Assembly: GCA_030622115.1 (NCBI GenBank)
Contig: JAUXGN010000008.1
Coordinates: forward strand, 8,185 to 72,184
Direction: 5' to 3'
From: Candidatus Eiseniibacteriota bacterium
Lineage (GTDB): Bacteria > Joyebacterota > Joyebacteria > Joyebacterales > Joyebacteraceae
DNA: 64,000 bases
A program made the translations under genes and the position numbers. Positions 17,597-27,527 of this stretch are shown in pieces (the stretch's first letter is position 1; every line of letters begins with the position of its first letter). The notes beneath the pieces were generated by a model, which was not told the DNA's origin, searched no databases, and was given only the letters and a program-made list of their open reading frames with translations.

Positions 17597-19570
17597 TTGT
17601 CCTTGCTCTCCTTATCTCTCCTGGTGTCTAATCGGAAACTGGTGTGTTGTGTCCTGCGCGGCCTGTTCATTGCAGTGGGCCGCGTGCGGGAGTGTGTCGA
17701 GATGGTCTCCCGGGAGTTCAGCTTGAGAAGATCCCGAGTCACATATATCCCCATCACGTCGATCATCGTCGGCGTCTTCATTGTCGCGGCCGTGGTCGTG
17801 TTCACGTCGATGCGCGATATTGAAAGAGGGCGGCAGCACGTGGCGGACGGCATGGAGCGCAAGGCAGGCGCCATGCTGATGTTTCTGAACACTGATCTCA
17901 GGACCGAACTCGTGTCTCCGCGGTGGCAGCTGTCACGTCTTGAGTTCTTTCTCTCCGAAGCTGCCAATCGCAGCCAGGCCGAGTACCTTGCCCTTCTCGA
18001 TTCCGACGGAACCGTTGTCGCGCACAGCGACACTGCAATGGTAGGAGCGCCTCATATCGGTTGGCTGCCGGTCGAGGACAGGCCGGAGGCGTCACCCATT
18101 CACAGGAAGCGCGTTACAATCGAAGGGCGTACCTTCCAGCAGTACGTGGCGGCCTTTGACATACATCCGGCGATGCTATGCGAACCGCCGCCACGACGAT
18201 TCGGCCGCGGAATGAGGCCGCACTGCGACATCCAGGCAGTCGGCCTACGCCTGTCTGAACTTTTGGGAAGGCCGGTCGACCTGTTGCGCCCAACGCGCCT
18301 CTACGGTGTGGTGGCGCTCGATCCCACGGAGATAGAGGCGACGTTCGCTCTCTCTCGCAATCGCACCATTCTTCTCGCCGTCGTCCTGATCCTGGTCGGC
18401 GGCGCCGCAATCTACTTCCTCTTCGTGACATCCGCGTACCGTTCAACGCAGACGGCGCTCGCCAACATGCGTACGTATACGGAAAACGTCATTGAGAGCA
18501 TGGCGAACGGGCTGATATCCGTCGACGCGGATGGGCGCGTCGTGACCGTGAACTCGCGGGCGCGCAATCTGTTTGGATTGGGCAATGCGGACGTGGCTGG
18601 ACGAGGTCTCGACGATGTGGCCGGCCTCGAGCCCGGCCCTGAGCGGGCGGGAGTGGACCTCGTGCTGCGGGGCGAAAAGGACATAGTGGAAGTGGAAACG
18701 ACTGCCGTCATCGGACGGGAGAAGATTCCTGTTTCGGTCAGCGCATCGTTGCTTCGGGACGAGGATGGAGAGCGAGCGGGGACGGTTCTGCTCTACCAGG
18801 ACCTGCGAGAGATCGAGGCGCTCAAGGGAGAGTTGGAGCGAGGACGTCACCTCGCCTCTCTGGGCAGGTTGGCGGCCGGTGTGGCTCACGAGGTGCGGAA
18901 TCCCCTGAGTTCCATCAAGGGGTTCGCGCAGTTCCTCCGCAGCAAGTTCAGCCCGGGGTCTGAGGAGGAACGATACTCGGACATCATGATCGAAGAGGTT
19001 GAACGACTTGATCGAGTCGTGCAGGAGCTGCTTGATTTCGCGAAGCCTGTGGTTGCTGAGATCGGCGCCAGCGACACGAACGCCATCGTCGAAGACGCGC
19101 TCTCGCTCGTGTCGGAGGACGCTGATTTCAAGAACGTCAGGATTGTCACCGAGCTGGCCGAGGAGCTGCCGCGCATCCTCGTGGATGCGAGACAAGTGCG
19201 CCAGGCGCTTCTCAACGTGCTTCTGAACGGAATGGAAGCGATGGGAGACGGCGGGACGCTCAAGGTGACAACGACGATCGTTGCTCCCGAGCGTGGTGCG
19301 GCGCCGGCGAGCGCGGATGCGCGACCGGAGCAGATTGCGATTGATGTCACAGACACAGGTGACGGGATGACCGAGCAGGAACAGGTGAAGCTGTTCGAGC
19401 CGTTCTACACGACGAAGCCAACGGGGACCGGGCTCGGATTGACGATAGTCTCGCGGCTCGTGGAGCAGAACGGCGGCCACATCCATGTGACGAGCGCGAA
19501 GGGGAAGGGGACCACGTTCTCGATGGTGTTCAGCACATCCCCCGGGGAATCAGGTGGAGGCTCGCGCTAG
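17597..19570 (+). CDS. sensor histidine kinase (NtrB/ZraS/AtoS-like; TM + PAS + HisKA + HATPase_c)
   Basis: H-box AHEVRNPLSSIKGF, N-box LLNVLLNGMEAM, DTGDGM, GTGLGL; PAS-like NGLISVDADGRVVTVNSRARNLFG; likely true start at Met 17702 followed by TM helix. Confidence 0.85.
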   Translation: MSLLSLSLLVSNRKLVCCVLRGLFIAVGRVRECVEMVSREFSLRRSRVTYIPITSIIVGVFIVAAVVVFTSMRDIERGRQHVADGMERKAGAMLMFLNTDLRTELVSPRWQLSRLEFFLSEAANRSQAEYLALLDSDGTVVAHSDTAMVGAPHIGWLPVEDRPEASPIHRKRVTIEGRTFQQYVAAFDIHPAMLCEPPPRRFGRGMRPHCDIQAVGLRLSELLGRPVDLLRPTRLYGVVALDPTEIEATFALSRNRTILLAVVLILVGGAAIYFLFVTSAYRSTQTALANMRTYTENVIESMANGLISVDADGRVVTVNSRARNLFGLGNADVAGRGLDDVAGLEPGPERAGVDLVLRGEKDIVEVETTAVIGREKIPVSVSASLLRDEDGERAGTVLLYQDLREIEALKGELERGRHLASLGRLAAGVAHEVRNPLSSIKGFAQFLRSKFSPGSEEERYSDIMIEEVERLDRVVQELLDFAKPVVAEIGASDTNAIVEDALSLVSEDADFKNVRIVTELAEELPRILVDARQVRQALLNVLLNGMEAMGDGGTLKVTTTIVAPERGAAPASADARPEQIAIDVTDTGDGMTEQEQVKLFEPFYTTKPTGTGLGLTIVSRLVEQNGGHIHVTSAKGKGTTFSMVFSTSPGESGGGSR

Positions 19571-19641
19571 CGGCTATCCTGTCGGGGCAGCGTGCAGTGT
19601 CCGGGTGGTGAGCATTCGAGTGTATCGGGGAGCATTTCCGA

Positions 19642-20982
19642 ATGGCAGAAAGTCATCTCAGAATCCTGGTGGTCGATGACCAGTCGAGTGTGCGTGAGCT
19701 TCTCAAGGCCGTGCTTGGGAGCGATGGTCATACGGTAGAAACTACACCCGATGGCGAGAGCGGCATCCGCACACTGGCCGAGGGATTTCACGACCTGGTC
19801 ATAATGGACATTCGGATGCCGGGCATCGACGGTGTTGAGGCCCTGAGAAGGATGAAGAAGGCAAGCCCCGACTGCGGCGTCATCATGATGACGGCCTACG
19901 CATCGGTCGAGACCGCGGTCGAGGCCATGAAGCTTGGGGCATTCGACTACATCACAAAGCCGATAGATATCAATGAGGTCCGCTCGATCATCTCAAGGTT
20001 CACCGACGAGTCATCCAAGACGCTTGAGGAGAGACCACCTGAGATCGAGCCATCGAGTGAGATTATCGGGGTGAGCGTCGCGATGCGGGACGTGTTGGAA
20101 ATGGCCCGCCGCGTAGCCGCGAGCGATGCTACGGTTCTCATCCTCGGCGAAAGCGGGACAGGCAAGGAGTTGGTCGCGCACGAGGTGCACGGGGCGAGCC
20201 CGCGCGAGCGCAAGCCGTTCGTTGCGGTGAACTGCTCGGCTATTCCTGGAGGGCTTCTCGAGAGTGAGCTGTTCGGTCACGAGAAGGGCGCCTTCACGGG
20301 GGCGGGGCGGCAGAAGCGGGGGCGGTTCGAACTTGCAGAAGGCGGGACGATCTTCCTGGATGAGATCGGTGACATGTCGTCCGAGCTGCAGGCCAAGCTG
20401 CTGCGATTCCTGCAGGATCATACCCTTCAGCGCGTGGGCGGATCGACCGACATCACCGTCGACGTCAGGATAGTGGCCGCGACCAATCGGGATCTGGACG
20501 CGGCTGTCGCCGACGGCAGCTTTCGTGAGGACCTGTATTTCAGACTCAGTGTGGTGAACATTACAATACCGCCGCTCAGAGACCGCAAGGAGGACATACC
20601 ACTCCTTGTGGAGCACTTCCTCAAGAAACACTCCGAGAGGGGCTCCAGGCCGAAGAGGATGTCACCCAAGGCGATGCGGGTCATGATGAACTACGACTGG
20701 CCTGGGAACGTCAGGGAACTGGAGAACGCGATACACCGCGCCGTGATTCTCTCTCGTGGAGAGACCGTCTTCCCCGAGCAACTTCCTGCCAAGCTCCAAG
20801 CGGTTCTTGACTCCGATGTCGGTGGAGAGAAGACGGGTGTGACGATCCGTGAGATGGAGCGAGACATCATCATCAAAACCCTCGCGCAGACCGGGGGCAA
20901 CAGGACTCACTCTGCGAAGATCCTGGGCATCTCGCGCAGAACCCTCCAGAACAAGATCAAAGAGTACGAGATCGAATCCTGA
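19642..20982 (+). CDS. sigma54-dependent two-component response regulator (NtrC/ZraR/AtoC family)
   Basis: Receiver domain (ILVVDDQ...[11 protein letters not shown]), AAA+ [15 protein letters not shown], canonical GAFTGA, C-terminal [25 protein letters not shown]. Confidence 0.9.
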   Translation: MAESHLRILVVDDQSSVRELLKAVLGSDGHTVETTPDGESGIRTLAEGFHDLVIMDIRMPGIDGVEALRRMKKASPDCGVIMMTAYASVETAVEAMKLGAFDYITKPIDINEVRSIISRFTDESSKTLEERPPEIEPSSEIIGVSVAMRDVLEMARRVAASDATVLILGESGTGKELVAHEVHGASPRERKPFVAVNCSAIPGGLLESELFGHEKGAFTGAGRQKRGRFELAEGGTIFLDEIGDMSSELQAKLLRFLQDHTLQRVGGSTDITVDVRIVAATNRDLDAAVADGSFREDLYFRLSVVNITIPPLRDRKEDIPLLVEHFLKKHSERGSRPKRMSPKAMRVMMNYDWPGNVRELENAIHRAVILSRGETVFPEQLPAKLQAVLDSDVGGEKTGVTIREMERDIIIKTLAQTGGNRTHSAKILGISRRTLQNKIKEYEIES

Positions 20983-21159
20983 CCGCGCAGATTCTGCGCA
21001 CCTCCAGCTGGTCCATCTCCTGAAATGGGCAATTCCTTCACGCCGGGGCTTCCGCGAAGCTCTGAATGCGCGTCTCATCTGAGAAAAATGATCGTGTAAC
21101 ATCTGGTGACTGCCGATGTTATGTCACTCGGACGGAAGTCCCACACCACCTGGGCACGG

Positions 21160-21176
21160 TTGGCACCTCGGTTGCT
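21160..21176 (+). promoter_or_regulatory. sigma54 promoter TTGGCACCTCGGTTGCT upstream of zraP-like gene
   Basis: Exact match to TGGCAC-N5-TTGC with GG/GC spacing 12; inverted repeats GTGAC-N12-GTCAC and TGTAACATC...GATGTTATG at 21098-21145 as possible activator sites. Confidence 0.6.
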
Positions 21177-21311
21177 GTAAGAGGGGTGTGTGAAGATTCC
21201 TCCGGCCGGCATCACGATGCACCACGCGGCTGACGGTGCTGGCCGGAAGGACACACAAGGAACAGAGAAACCAGGGAGGAAAAGACCTCCTACTTCCGAA
21301 GGGAGAAGACG

Positions 21312-21926
21312 ATGAGCGGGAAGAAAGGCCTCATAACAGTAGTGGTGCTGGCTCTGGTGATGGCAACGATGGCTGTCGTTCCGGCCGCGGGCAGACCTGG
21401 ACGGTCCGGAGCGATGCATGGGCCCATGGGCGGCGGCATGCGCGGGGGTCCAATGGGTCGCGGGGTAATGCCGGCGTTCACCGAGGCGCAGCAGGAGAAA
21501 ATGCAGGAGATCCGGAGCAGCTTTGACGAAGAACGTGTGGAACTCGTGAACAGGATCAAGGTCATGCATCTTGAGATGCGCGATCTCGTGACGGGCGACA
21601 ACCCCGACTTCGGGAAGATCGAGCGCTTGATCGACGACATCTCGGACGAGCGCGCCAAGATGATGAAGATTAGGATCCGTCAGCACGTTGCGGTCCGGGG
21701 GATCCTGACCGATGACCAGAAGGTGCTGTTTGACCAGGGCCTTGAGGCGCGGATGGGCCAGTTCATGGGCGGCCCTGGAATGATGGGTCGTCCTGGAACG
21801 ATGGGCGGCAGGCCGGGTGGCGAGATGATGGGTGGTCGCGGTGGAATGAGCAGCGGTCCGGGCGGCGCGAGGGCAGGTGGCTTTGGCGGGCGCATGATGG
21901 GCATGCCGGGCGGAACGGGAATCTAG
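21312..21926 (+). CDS. periplasmic Spy/CpxP/ZraP-family (LTxxQ) protein with Met/Gly-rich termini
   Basis: GGGAGAAG RBS; signal peptide; two LTxxQ-type motifs (FTEAQQEKMQEI, LTDDQKVLFDQ); N- and C-terminal (M)GG(R)MMG repeats. Confidence 0.65.
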   Translation: MSGKKGLITVVVLALVMATMAVVPAAGRPGRSGAMHGPMGGGMRGGPMGRGVMPAFTEAQQEKMQEIRSSFDEERVELVNRIKVMHLEMRDLVTGDNPDFGKIERLIDDISDERAKMMKIRIRQHVAVRGILTDDQKVLFDQGLEARMGQFMGGPGMMGRPGTMGGRPGGEMMGGRGGMSSGPGGARAGGFGGRMMGMPGGTGI

Positions 21927-22149
21927 GAAGTCACTCGCTTCGAGCGAGTGAACCGGCGCGAGTCGCATCGTAAGGGTTGTCGCAATAGATCGCGGCAAGA
22001 GCGACTCGCTCCCCCCCCCAACAGCGGGCGGCCTCCACGGGAGAGGCCGTCCGCTTTCCTCTTGTGTGTCTCAATGCCAACTACCTATACTGCCGGACGA
22101 ACCGTGTCCGCGTGGGGCTCGGGAGCATTCAAACCCGGGGAGGCACCAA

Positions 22150-23475
22150 GTGTTCCAGCGCGTCTTCAAACCCGTTGAGAACGGTACTACCGTCGGGGCT
22201 GAGTTCATCGGCGGTGCGACGACGTTCATGGCGATGGCCTACATCATCTTCGTCAATCCGGCGATACTCTCCGCGGCTGGGGGAGCGGGAATGGACTTCC
22301 GCGCCGTCATGGCTGCGACGTGTGTGAGTTCGGCTCTGGCCTCGCTGTTGATGGCCTTCCTGGCTAACTACCCGATTGCGCTCGCTCCCGGTATGGGACT
22401 CAACGCCTACTTCAGCTTCCTCATATGCGGGAAGATGGGTGTGCCGTGGGAGGTAGCTCTCGGCATCGTGTTTATCTCGGGGGTTGTTTTCACGATACTG
22501 ACCCTGGTCAGAGTCAGGGAGATGATCATGAACGCGATCCCGGACGCGCTCAAGCTCGGCGCGGCTGCCGGCATTGGCCTCTTCATCGCGTTTCTCGGTC
22601 TCAAGGACGCCGGCATCATCCAATCCGACCCTGCCTCGCTCATGACGCTCGGAGACCTGCACAGTCCACCGACCCTTCTTGCCCTCTTCGGGTTGGTGGT
22701 GACATCGGCTCTGATGGCTGCCAGGATCAGAGGCGCCATCTTCTGGGGCATTCTCATTACGGGCCTGGCCGGTATCGTGACTGGGTTGGTCCGATTCTCC
22801 GGCGTCTTTGCCCTGCCTGATATCTCGCCGACCTTCATGAGAATGAAGCCGCTGGCGGCGCTTCGGCTCGAGTACTTGACACCGATCTTCGTTCTCCTGT
22901 TCTTCGACATGTTCGACACTGTCGGCACACTGGTCGGCGTGGGAACGCAGGCCGGGTTCATGAAGAACGGAAAGCTGCCTCGCGCTTCACAGGCGCTCCT
23001 GTCGGATTCGGTCGGTACGATGATCGGTGCGACGCTCGGGACATCGACTACGACGAGCTTTGTGGAGAGCGCTGCCGGCGTGAGCGCAGGAGCGCGTACC
23101 GGTCTTGCGAACATCTTCACCGCAGGTCTCTTTCTTGTGGCACTCTTCTTTGCCCCCCTCGCCGAGATGTTCGGAGGCGGGTATGAGACCGCGGCCGGCA
23201 TGTTCCTGTATCCGGTGACTGCACCGGCGCTCATCATGGTTGGTTGTCTCATGATCAAGAGTGTCAGCAGGATAGACTGGGACGATCACTCAGACGCCGT
23301 CCCCGCCTTCCTCACCATGATCATCATGCCACTGACGTCGAGCATCGCGCATGGCCTGGCCATCGGTTTCATCAGCTATCCATTGATCAAGGCGCTCTCA
23401 GGAAAGGCAAGAGACATCCACTGGCTGGTTTATCTTCTTGCCGCTCTCTTCGTCCTGCGGTATATATTTGTCTAG
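22150..23475 (+). CDS. NCS2-family purine (adenine/guanine/hypoxanthine, AzgA/PbuG-like) permease
   Basis: GTG start after GGGGAGG RBS giving (M)FQRVFKPVENGTT...; AYIIFVNPAILSAAGG..., multiple TM helices typical of AzgA-like permeases. Confidence 0.8.
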   Translation: MFQRVFKPVENGTTVGAEFIGGATTFMAMAYIIFVNPAILSAAGGAGMDFRAVMAATCVSSALASLLMAFLANYPIALAPGMGLNAYFSFLICGKMGVPWEVALGIVFISGVVFTILTLVRVREMIMNAIPDALKLGAAAGIGLFIAFLGLKDAGIIQSDPASLMTLGDLHSPPTLLALFGLVVTSALMAARIRGAIFWGILITGLAGIVTGLVRFSGVFALPDISPTFMRMKPLAALRLEYLTPIFVLLFFDMFDTVGTLVGVGTQAGFMKNGKLPRASQALLSDSVGTMIGATLGTSTTTSFVESAAGVSAGARTGLANIFTAGLFLVALFFAPLAEMFGGGYETAAGMFLYPVTAPALIMVGCLMIKSVSRIDWDDHSDAVPAFLTMIIMPLTSSIAHGLAIGFISYPLIKALSGKARDIHWLVYLLAALFVLRYIFV

Positions 23476-23557
23476 GAGCAAATCTCGTCTCTCAGCCGGA
23501 GGGCGGGCCAGAGCGCCCGCCCTCTTCCTTTTGCCTCCACATCCGGAGTCAGGTCTT

Positions 23558-24229
23558 ATGCGGGTTCGGGGGGTCACAGATGCGAAGCATGCAGTCGGGC
23601 AACCGGCACGAGCCGTGGTTGTAACGCTCGCGCTTGTCCTTATCGCTACCGCGTCCGGGACGGCTCACGCTCGTCTCAAGGGCTTCGTGCCTTCGTCGCG
23701 GCGTGGCACAGCGGAGGTATGGATCGAGATGCCCCGATTCGCGGAGCCGTTCGGCGACGACTACGTGGGAGAGTATGCCATCACGAACGGTTGGGGTTTT
23801 GGGCTGGGTGTCTCCTTCGGTCTCGCCGACAAGATCTGCCTTGAGGGGCGTTCCCTTCAGACCAATCACACCATCGAATACGCCGAGTGGGACGTCGATA
23901 TGGCCTATGTTGGCATCAAGTACTGCATGGTAGGGGACAGTCCCTTCCAGCCCTTCCTGAGTGCCGGTTACGTCCGCCAGAACCTGGAGACAGACACATC
24001 CTCTCTGCATGGCGAGTATACGCGGCTGACCGGCCACGGGATCCTCGCGTCCGCCGGGATGGACTACTTCCGAACTGACAAGTTCTTCATCACGCTTCGA
24101 GTCGGATACACGTTTGTTGACTATTCGTACGGAATCTTCGGAACGGATGAGCAGAGCCTGGTGGAATCGCTTGATGGGCGCATGCTCTCTGCCTCCATCG
24201 GTATCGGGTACAGAGCGCCGGTCTGGTAG
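23558..24229 (+). CDS. small outer-membrane beta-barrel protein (OmpW/OmpA-like porin family)
   Basis: Signal peptide AVVVTLALVLIATASGTAHA, alternating amphipathic beta-strands, C-terminal ...GIGYRAPVW aromatic end. Confidence 0.5.
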   Translation: MRVRGVTDAKHAVGQPARAVVVTLALVLIATASGTAHARLKGFVPSSRRGTAEVWIEMPRFAEPFGDDYVGEYAITNGWGFGLGVSFGLADKICLEGRSLQTNHTIEYAEWDVDMAYVGIKYCMVGDSPFQPFLSAGYVRQNLETDTSSLHGEYTRLTGHGILASAGMDYFRTDKFFITLRVGYTFVDYSYGIFGTDEQSLVESLDGRMLSASIGIGYRAPVW

Positions 24230-24244
24230 GAATACTCGCACGAG

Positions 24245-24691
24245 GTGAGTTCCATACTGTGGAGGTGGCTGATGTACGAGGTCAAGGCGACCTGGGGGAG
24301 CGGCTTCAAGTTCATTGGTACTGACGGAGCCGGTCGCGAACTCAGGATGGACGCCAGCGTGGGAGCCGGTGGAGAGGGTGATGGCTATCGTCCGTCAGAG
24401 TTGCCGCTTCTGGGGTTGGCCGGTTGCACAGGGATCGATACCTTGGAGATCCTCCAGAAGATGCGCCAGTCTGTCGAGGGACTCGAAGTGCGAGTGGTGG
24501 CAACACCAAAGGAGGGGTACCCGGCGGGCTACGCGCGGATAGAGGTGCAGTACACTGTGATTGGCAAAGGCCTATCGATGGAGAAGGTCGAGAGGGCCGT
24601 CAAGCTCTCCGAGGATAAGTACTGCACGGTCGGGCAGACTCTTGCCCATGGAACGGAAATGACCCGCACGATCGAGCTGGTTGAGGGATAG
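24245..24691 (+). CDS. OsmC/Ohr-family peroxiredoxin-like protein
   Basis: LAGCTGIDTL and KYCTV conserved Cys motifs of OsmC family; ~140 aa. Confidence 0.7.
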   Translation: MSSILWRWLMYEVKATWGSGFKFIGTDGAGRELRMDASVGAGGEGDGYRPSELPLLGLAGCTGIDTLEILQKMRQSVEGLEVRVVATPKEGYPAGYARIEVQYTVIGKGLSMEKVERAVKLSEDKYCTVGQTLAHGTEMTRTIELVEG

Positions 24692-24723
24692 GCCTGGCCG
24701 ACAGGCGCCGTCAGGAGCAACGC

Positions 24724-26094
24724 ATGAAATCACGCATTGAGCAGGTGATGAAGAAGTTCGCCGACAAGTGCGACTACCTTGAGGTTCATTTCGAAGAGAC
24801 TGAGGAGTCCCGCATAGGTTTCACCGGTCCGCGACTGTCGGATCTGGGCCGCAGAGTGGATTTCGGCGGGAATGTGCGCGCCCTCCACAGAGGTGGATGG
24901 GGTTTTGCGTCATTCAACAGCGTAGACCGCCTCGAGGAGTTCGCGCAGTACGCGATCGATCAGGCCAGGACCGTCGGGAAGGGAACGAGTCAACTTGCCG
25001 AGATCGAGCCGGTGGTGGCGGACGTTCCTCTCGAGCTCAAGAGCGATCCACGCGACATTTCCCTGGAGAACAAGGTCGAGATAATGCGGGCGTACAGCGA
25101 ACGCGCACTCGGCTTCAGTGATTCCATCACGAGTTCATTGGTCACATGCTTCGATCGCTTCCACAGGTTCTGGTTTGGCAGCAGCGAAGGCAGCCTCGTC
25201 TACCAGGAGCGCGTCGATATCGGAGGGCGCGTGACTCCGGTGGCGACACGCGACGGGGACACCCAAGGCTACAGCGTCGGCTTCGGCGGGAGCGACGACT
25301 TCAGTGTGGTCAAGGGGCTCGAAAGAGAGATCGACCATGCCTGTGAGGTCGCTGTGGGCAAGCTGGACGCGCCCAAGATCAAGGGAGGAGAGTACACGGT
25401 TATCCTCGACCCGCGGCTCGCCGGTGTCTTCGTTCATGAGGCGTTTGGGCACTTGTCCGAGGGCGACAACGTGTACGAAGACAAGAATCTCCAGAAGGTC
25501 ATGCAGCTTGGGAGAAGATTCGGCAAGAGCTTCCTCAACGTGTACGACACAGGGTTGGATAGAGGCTTGCGGGGTCACCTCGTCTATGACGATGAGGGCG
25601 TGCCGACCGAGAAGACGTACCTGATCCGGGAGGGCGAGCTGGTCGGAAGGCTTCACTCGCGCGAGACCGCAGGCAAGATGGGGGAGAAGCCGACAGGCAG
25701 TGCGCGATGTCTCGACTACCGTTTCCCGCCGATCCCGCGGATGCGCAACACGTGCATTGCTGCAGGAGAGGCCACGTTCGATGAGATGATCGCCGGTGTC
25801 GATCACGGCGTCTACTGCATTTCCGCATCGGGTGGGCAGACGAACGGCGAGATGTTCACGTTCACGGCCGCCAACGCCCGGATGATCTGTGGTGGAAAGC
25901 TGGCGGAGCAGGTTCGAGACGTGACGCTCACCGGAAATGTCTTCACCACTCTCGAGAATATTGATCTCCTGGCAAACGACCTGGCCGCGCACGACGGGGG
26001 TGGGGGATGCGGCAAGGCGGGGCAGTTCCCGCTGCCTGTCACCCATGGCTCTCCGCACGTCAGGATTCAGGGCGTCGTGATTGGAGGTGAGTAG
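24724..26094 (+). CDS. tldD: TldD-family metalloprotease
   Basis: HEAFGH (HExxxH) motif, GxC...GNV C-terminal region, ~455 aa, paired with PmbA-like gene. Confidence 0.8.
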   Translation: MKSRIEQVMKKFADKCDYLEVHFEETEESRIGFTGPRLSDLGRRVDFGGNVRALHRGGWGFASFNSVDRLEEFAQYAIDQARTVGKGTSQLAEIEPVVADVPLELKSDPRDISLENKVEIMRAYSERALGFSDSITSSLVTCFDRFHRFWFGSSEGSLVYQERVDIGGRVTPVATRDGDTQGYSVGFGGSDDFSVVKGLEREIDHACEVAVGKLDAPKIKGGEYTVILDPRLAGVFVHEAFGHLSEGDNVYEDKNLQKVMQLGRRFGKSFLNVYDTGLDRGLRGHLVYDDEGVPTEKTYLIREGELVGRLHSRETAGKMGEKPTGSARCLDYRFPPIPRMRNTCIAAGEATFDEMIAGVDHGVYCISASGGQTNGEMFTFTAANARMICGGKLAEQVRDVTLTGNVFTTLENIDLLANDLAAHDGGGGCGKAGQFPLPVTHGSPHVRIQGVVIGGE

Positions 26095-26095
26095 G

Positions 26096-27442
26096 GTGAA
26101 GAGGATCATTGAGAAAGTTCTCAGCAAGGGGGCAGCCAGGGCCGAGGTCTTCTACCTGAACTCGCTCCAGACAGAAGTGAGCTACGAGGCCGGACGACTC
26201 AAGGAGCTGGCCAACACCGAAGAGACCGGTGTCGCTCTCAGGTTGGTCAAGGATGGGAAGCTGGGCTTTGCCACGACAACGAAGCTCACTCACCTGGATC
26301 GGCTTGTGGACGATGCGCTCGCAACGGCGTCATGCGGCGGCGAGATGGAGTTCAATTTCGCCGTTGCCGGGGGACTGCCCGACTCCCGGTGTTTCGATGA
26401 GACCGTCGCGGAACTCTCCGTCGATGAGATGATGAAACACTCGGAAGCAGGTATTGCGCATCTGCTCGACTACGAGAAGGACATCCTGACGGAGTCGGGA
26501 ACGGCACGCGACATGCAGACGATCCACGTCCTCAACTCGGACGGCGTCGATGCGAAGTTCGAGCGGACTCAATATCAGTTCTACATCCACGGGCGGCTGG
26601 TTGAGGGCACGAACATGCTCGATGCGGGCGCCTATTTCGGCGGCACGGCGCTGGACGTCGATTTTGACCAGCTGTACGAGAGGGCCGTGGACGACTTCAG
26701 AAGCGCGCGGACGAACGTGGATCTGGCTACCGGACCAACCACCGTCGTGCTCACGCCCAGAGCCGTCGCCGACATCATGCTCACTCTCAACTTCGGCGTC
26801 AGCGGAGCCTACGTCGAACAGGGCATCTCTCCTCTGGTCGGAAAGCTGGGGAGGCCCATCTTCGATGAGAGGATAACGATTCGCGACGACGGTCTGAGAT
26901 CCGGCGGGTACAGGTCGGCGCCCTTTGACGACGAGGGTGTTCCGATGCAGACAACAACACTTGTAGAGTCGGGCGTGCTCAGGAGCTATCTGACCGACCT
27001 CAGAACGGCGCGCAAGCTGAACCATGCGGATACGGGGAACGGACTCAAGGCGAAGCGTCTCGTCGGTACGAAAGAGCTGGGCAAGTCTCCGGCGCCCGAG
27101 ATCACGAACTGGGTGATGGAGGGAGGGGAGAAGCCGCACGAGGAACTCCTCTCCAATGTGGGCAGCGGCGTGCTTGTCGACAGCATCATGGGTCTTCTGA
27201 TGTCCAATCTTATCGCCGGCGAGTTCGGTGGAAACCTGGCATACGGACTCAAAATTGAGGACGGCAAAACGACCGGCAGAGTGAAGGACGCCATGATCTC
27301 CGGCAATGTCTACAAGCTGTTCAAATCCAATCTGGTCGCACTATCCAAGGACGTCGAACTGACGGGGCTCCTTGGCGGTATCGGAACTCACTGGTACCCG
27401 TACGTGGTCCTGAGAAACGTCACGATCGCGACGAAGTCGTAG
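26096..27442 (+). CDS. pmbA: PmbA/TldE-family protein (TldD partner)
   Basis: TldD/PmbA fold without HExxxH; start placed at GTG after GGAGGTGA RBS; overlaps tldD 3' end. Confidence 0.75.
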   Translation: MKRIIEKVLSKGAARAEVFYLNSLQTEVSYEAGRLKELANTEETGVALRLVKDGKLGFATTTKLTHLDRLVDDALATASCGGEMEFNFAVAGGLPDSRCFDETVAELSVDEMMKHSEAGIAHLLDYEKDILTESGTARDMQTIHVLNSDGVDAKFERTQYQFYIHGRLVEGTNMLDAGAYFGGTALDVDFDQLYERAVDDFRSARTNVDLATGPTTVVLTPRAVADIMLTLNFGVSGAYVEQGISPLVGKLGRPIFDERITIRDDGLRSGGYRSAPFDDEGVPMQTTTLVESGVLRSYLTDLRTARKLNHADTGNGLKAKRLVGTKELGKSPAPEITNWVMEGGEKPHEELLSNVGSGVLVDSIMGLLMSNLIAGEFGGNLAYGLKIEDGKTTGRVKDAMISGNVYKLFKSNLVALSKDVELTGLLGGIGTHWYPYVVLRNVTIATKS

Positions 27443-27445
27443 AAC

Positions 27446-27512
27446 GTGGGCGCATGGGTGCGCCCTATGGGACTGTGGGCGCATGGGTGCGCCCTATGGG
27501 ACTGTGGGCGCA
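27446..27512. repeat. 29-bp tandem hairpin repeat x2.3 (GTGGGCGCATGGGTGCGCCCTATGGGACT)
   Basis: Two exact copies plus partial third; each unit contains 7-bp inverted repeat GGGCGCA-tggg-TGCGCCC; intergenic. Confidence 0.85.
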
Positions 27513-27527
27513 CGGCAGGAGGTAGGT

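Noticed and set aside
21075-21998. 307-aa minus-strand ORF (His/Ala/Arg-rich) overlapping the zraP-like gene; similar long antisense ORFs at 18443-19486, 25135-26127, 26330-27139, 49997-50968, 60273-61127
   Set aside because: High-GC antisense ORF artefacts: low-complexity, Arg/Ala/Pro-rich, lacking RBS, and fully overlapping well-supported genes with clear motifs on the + strand.
27446-27512. 29-bp periodic repeats as CRISPR arrays (also 53195-53324)
   Set aside because: Units are directly adjacent with no unique spacers and no cas genes nearby; they are tandem hairpin repeats, not repeat-spacer arrays.
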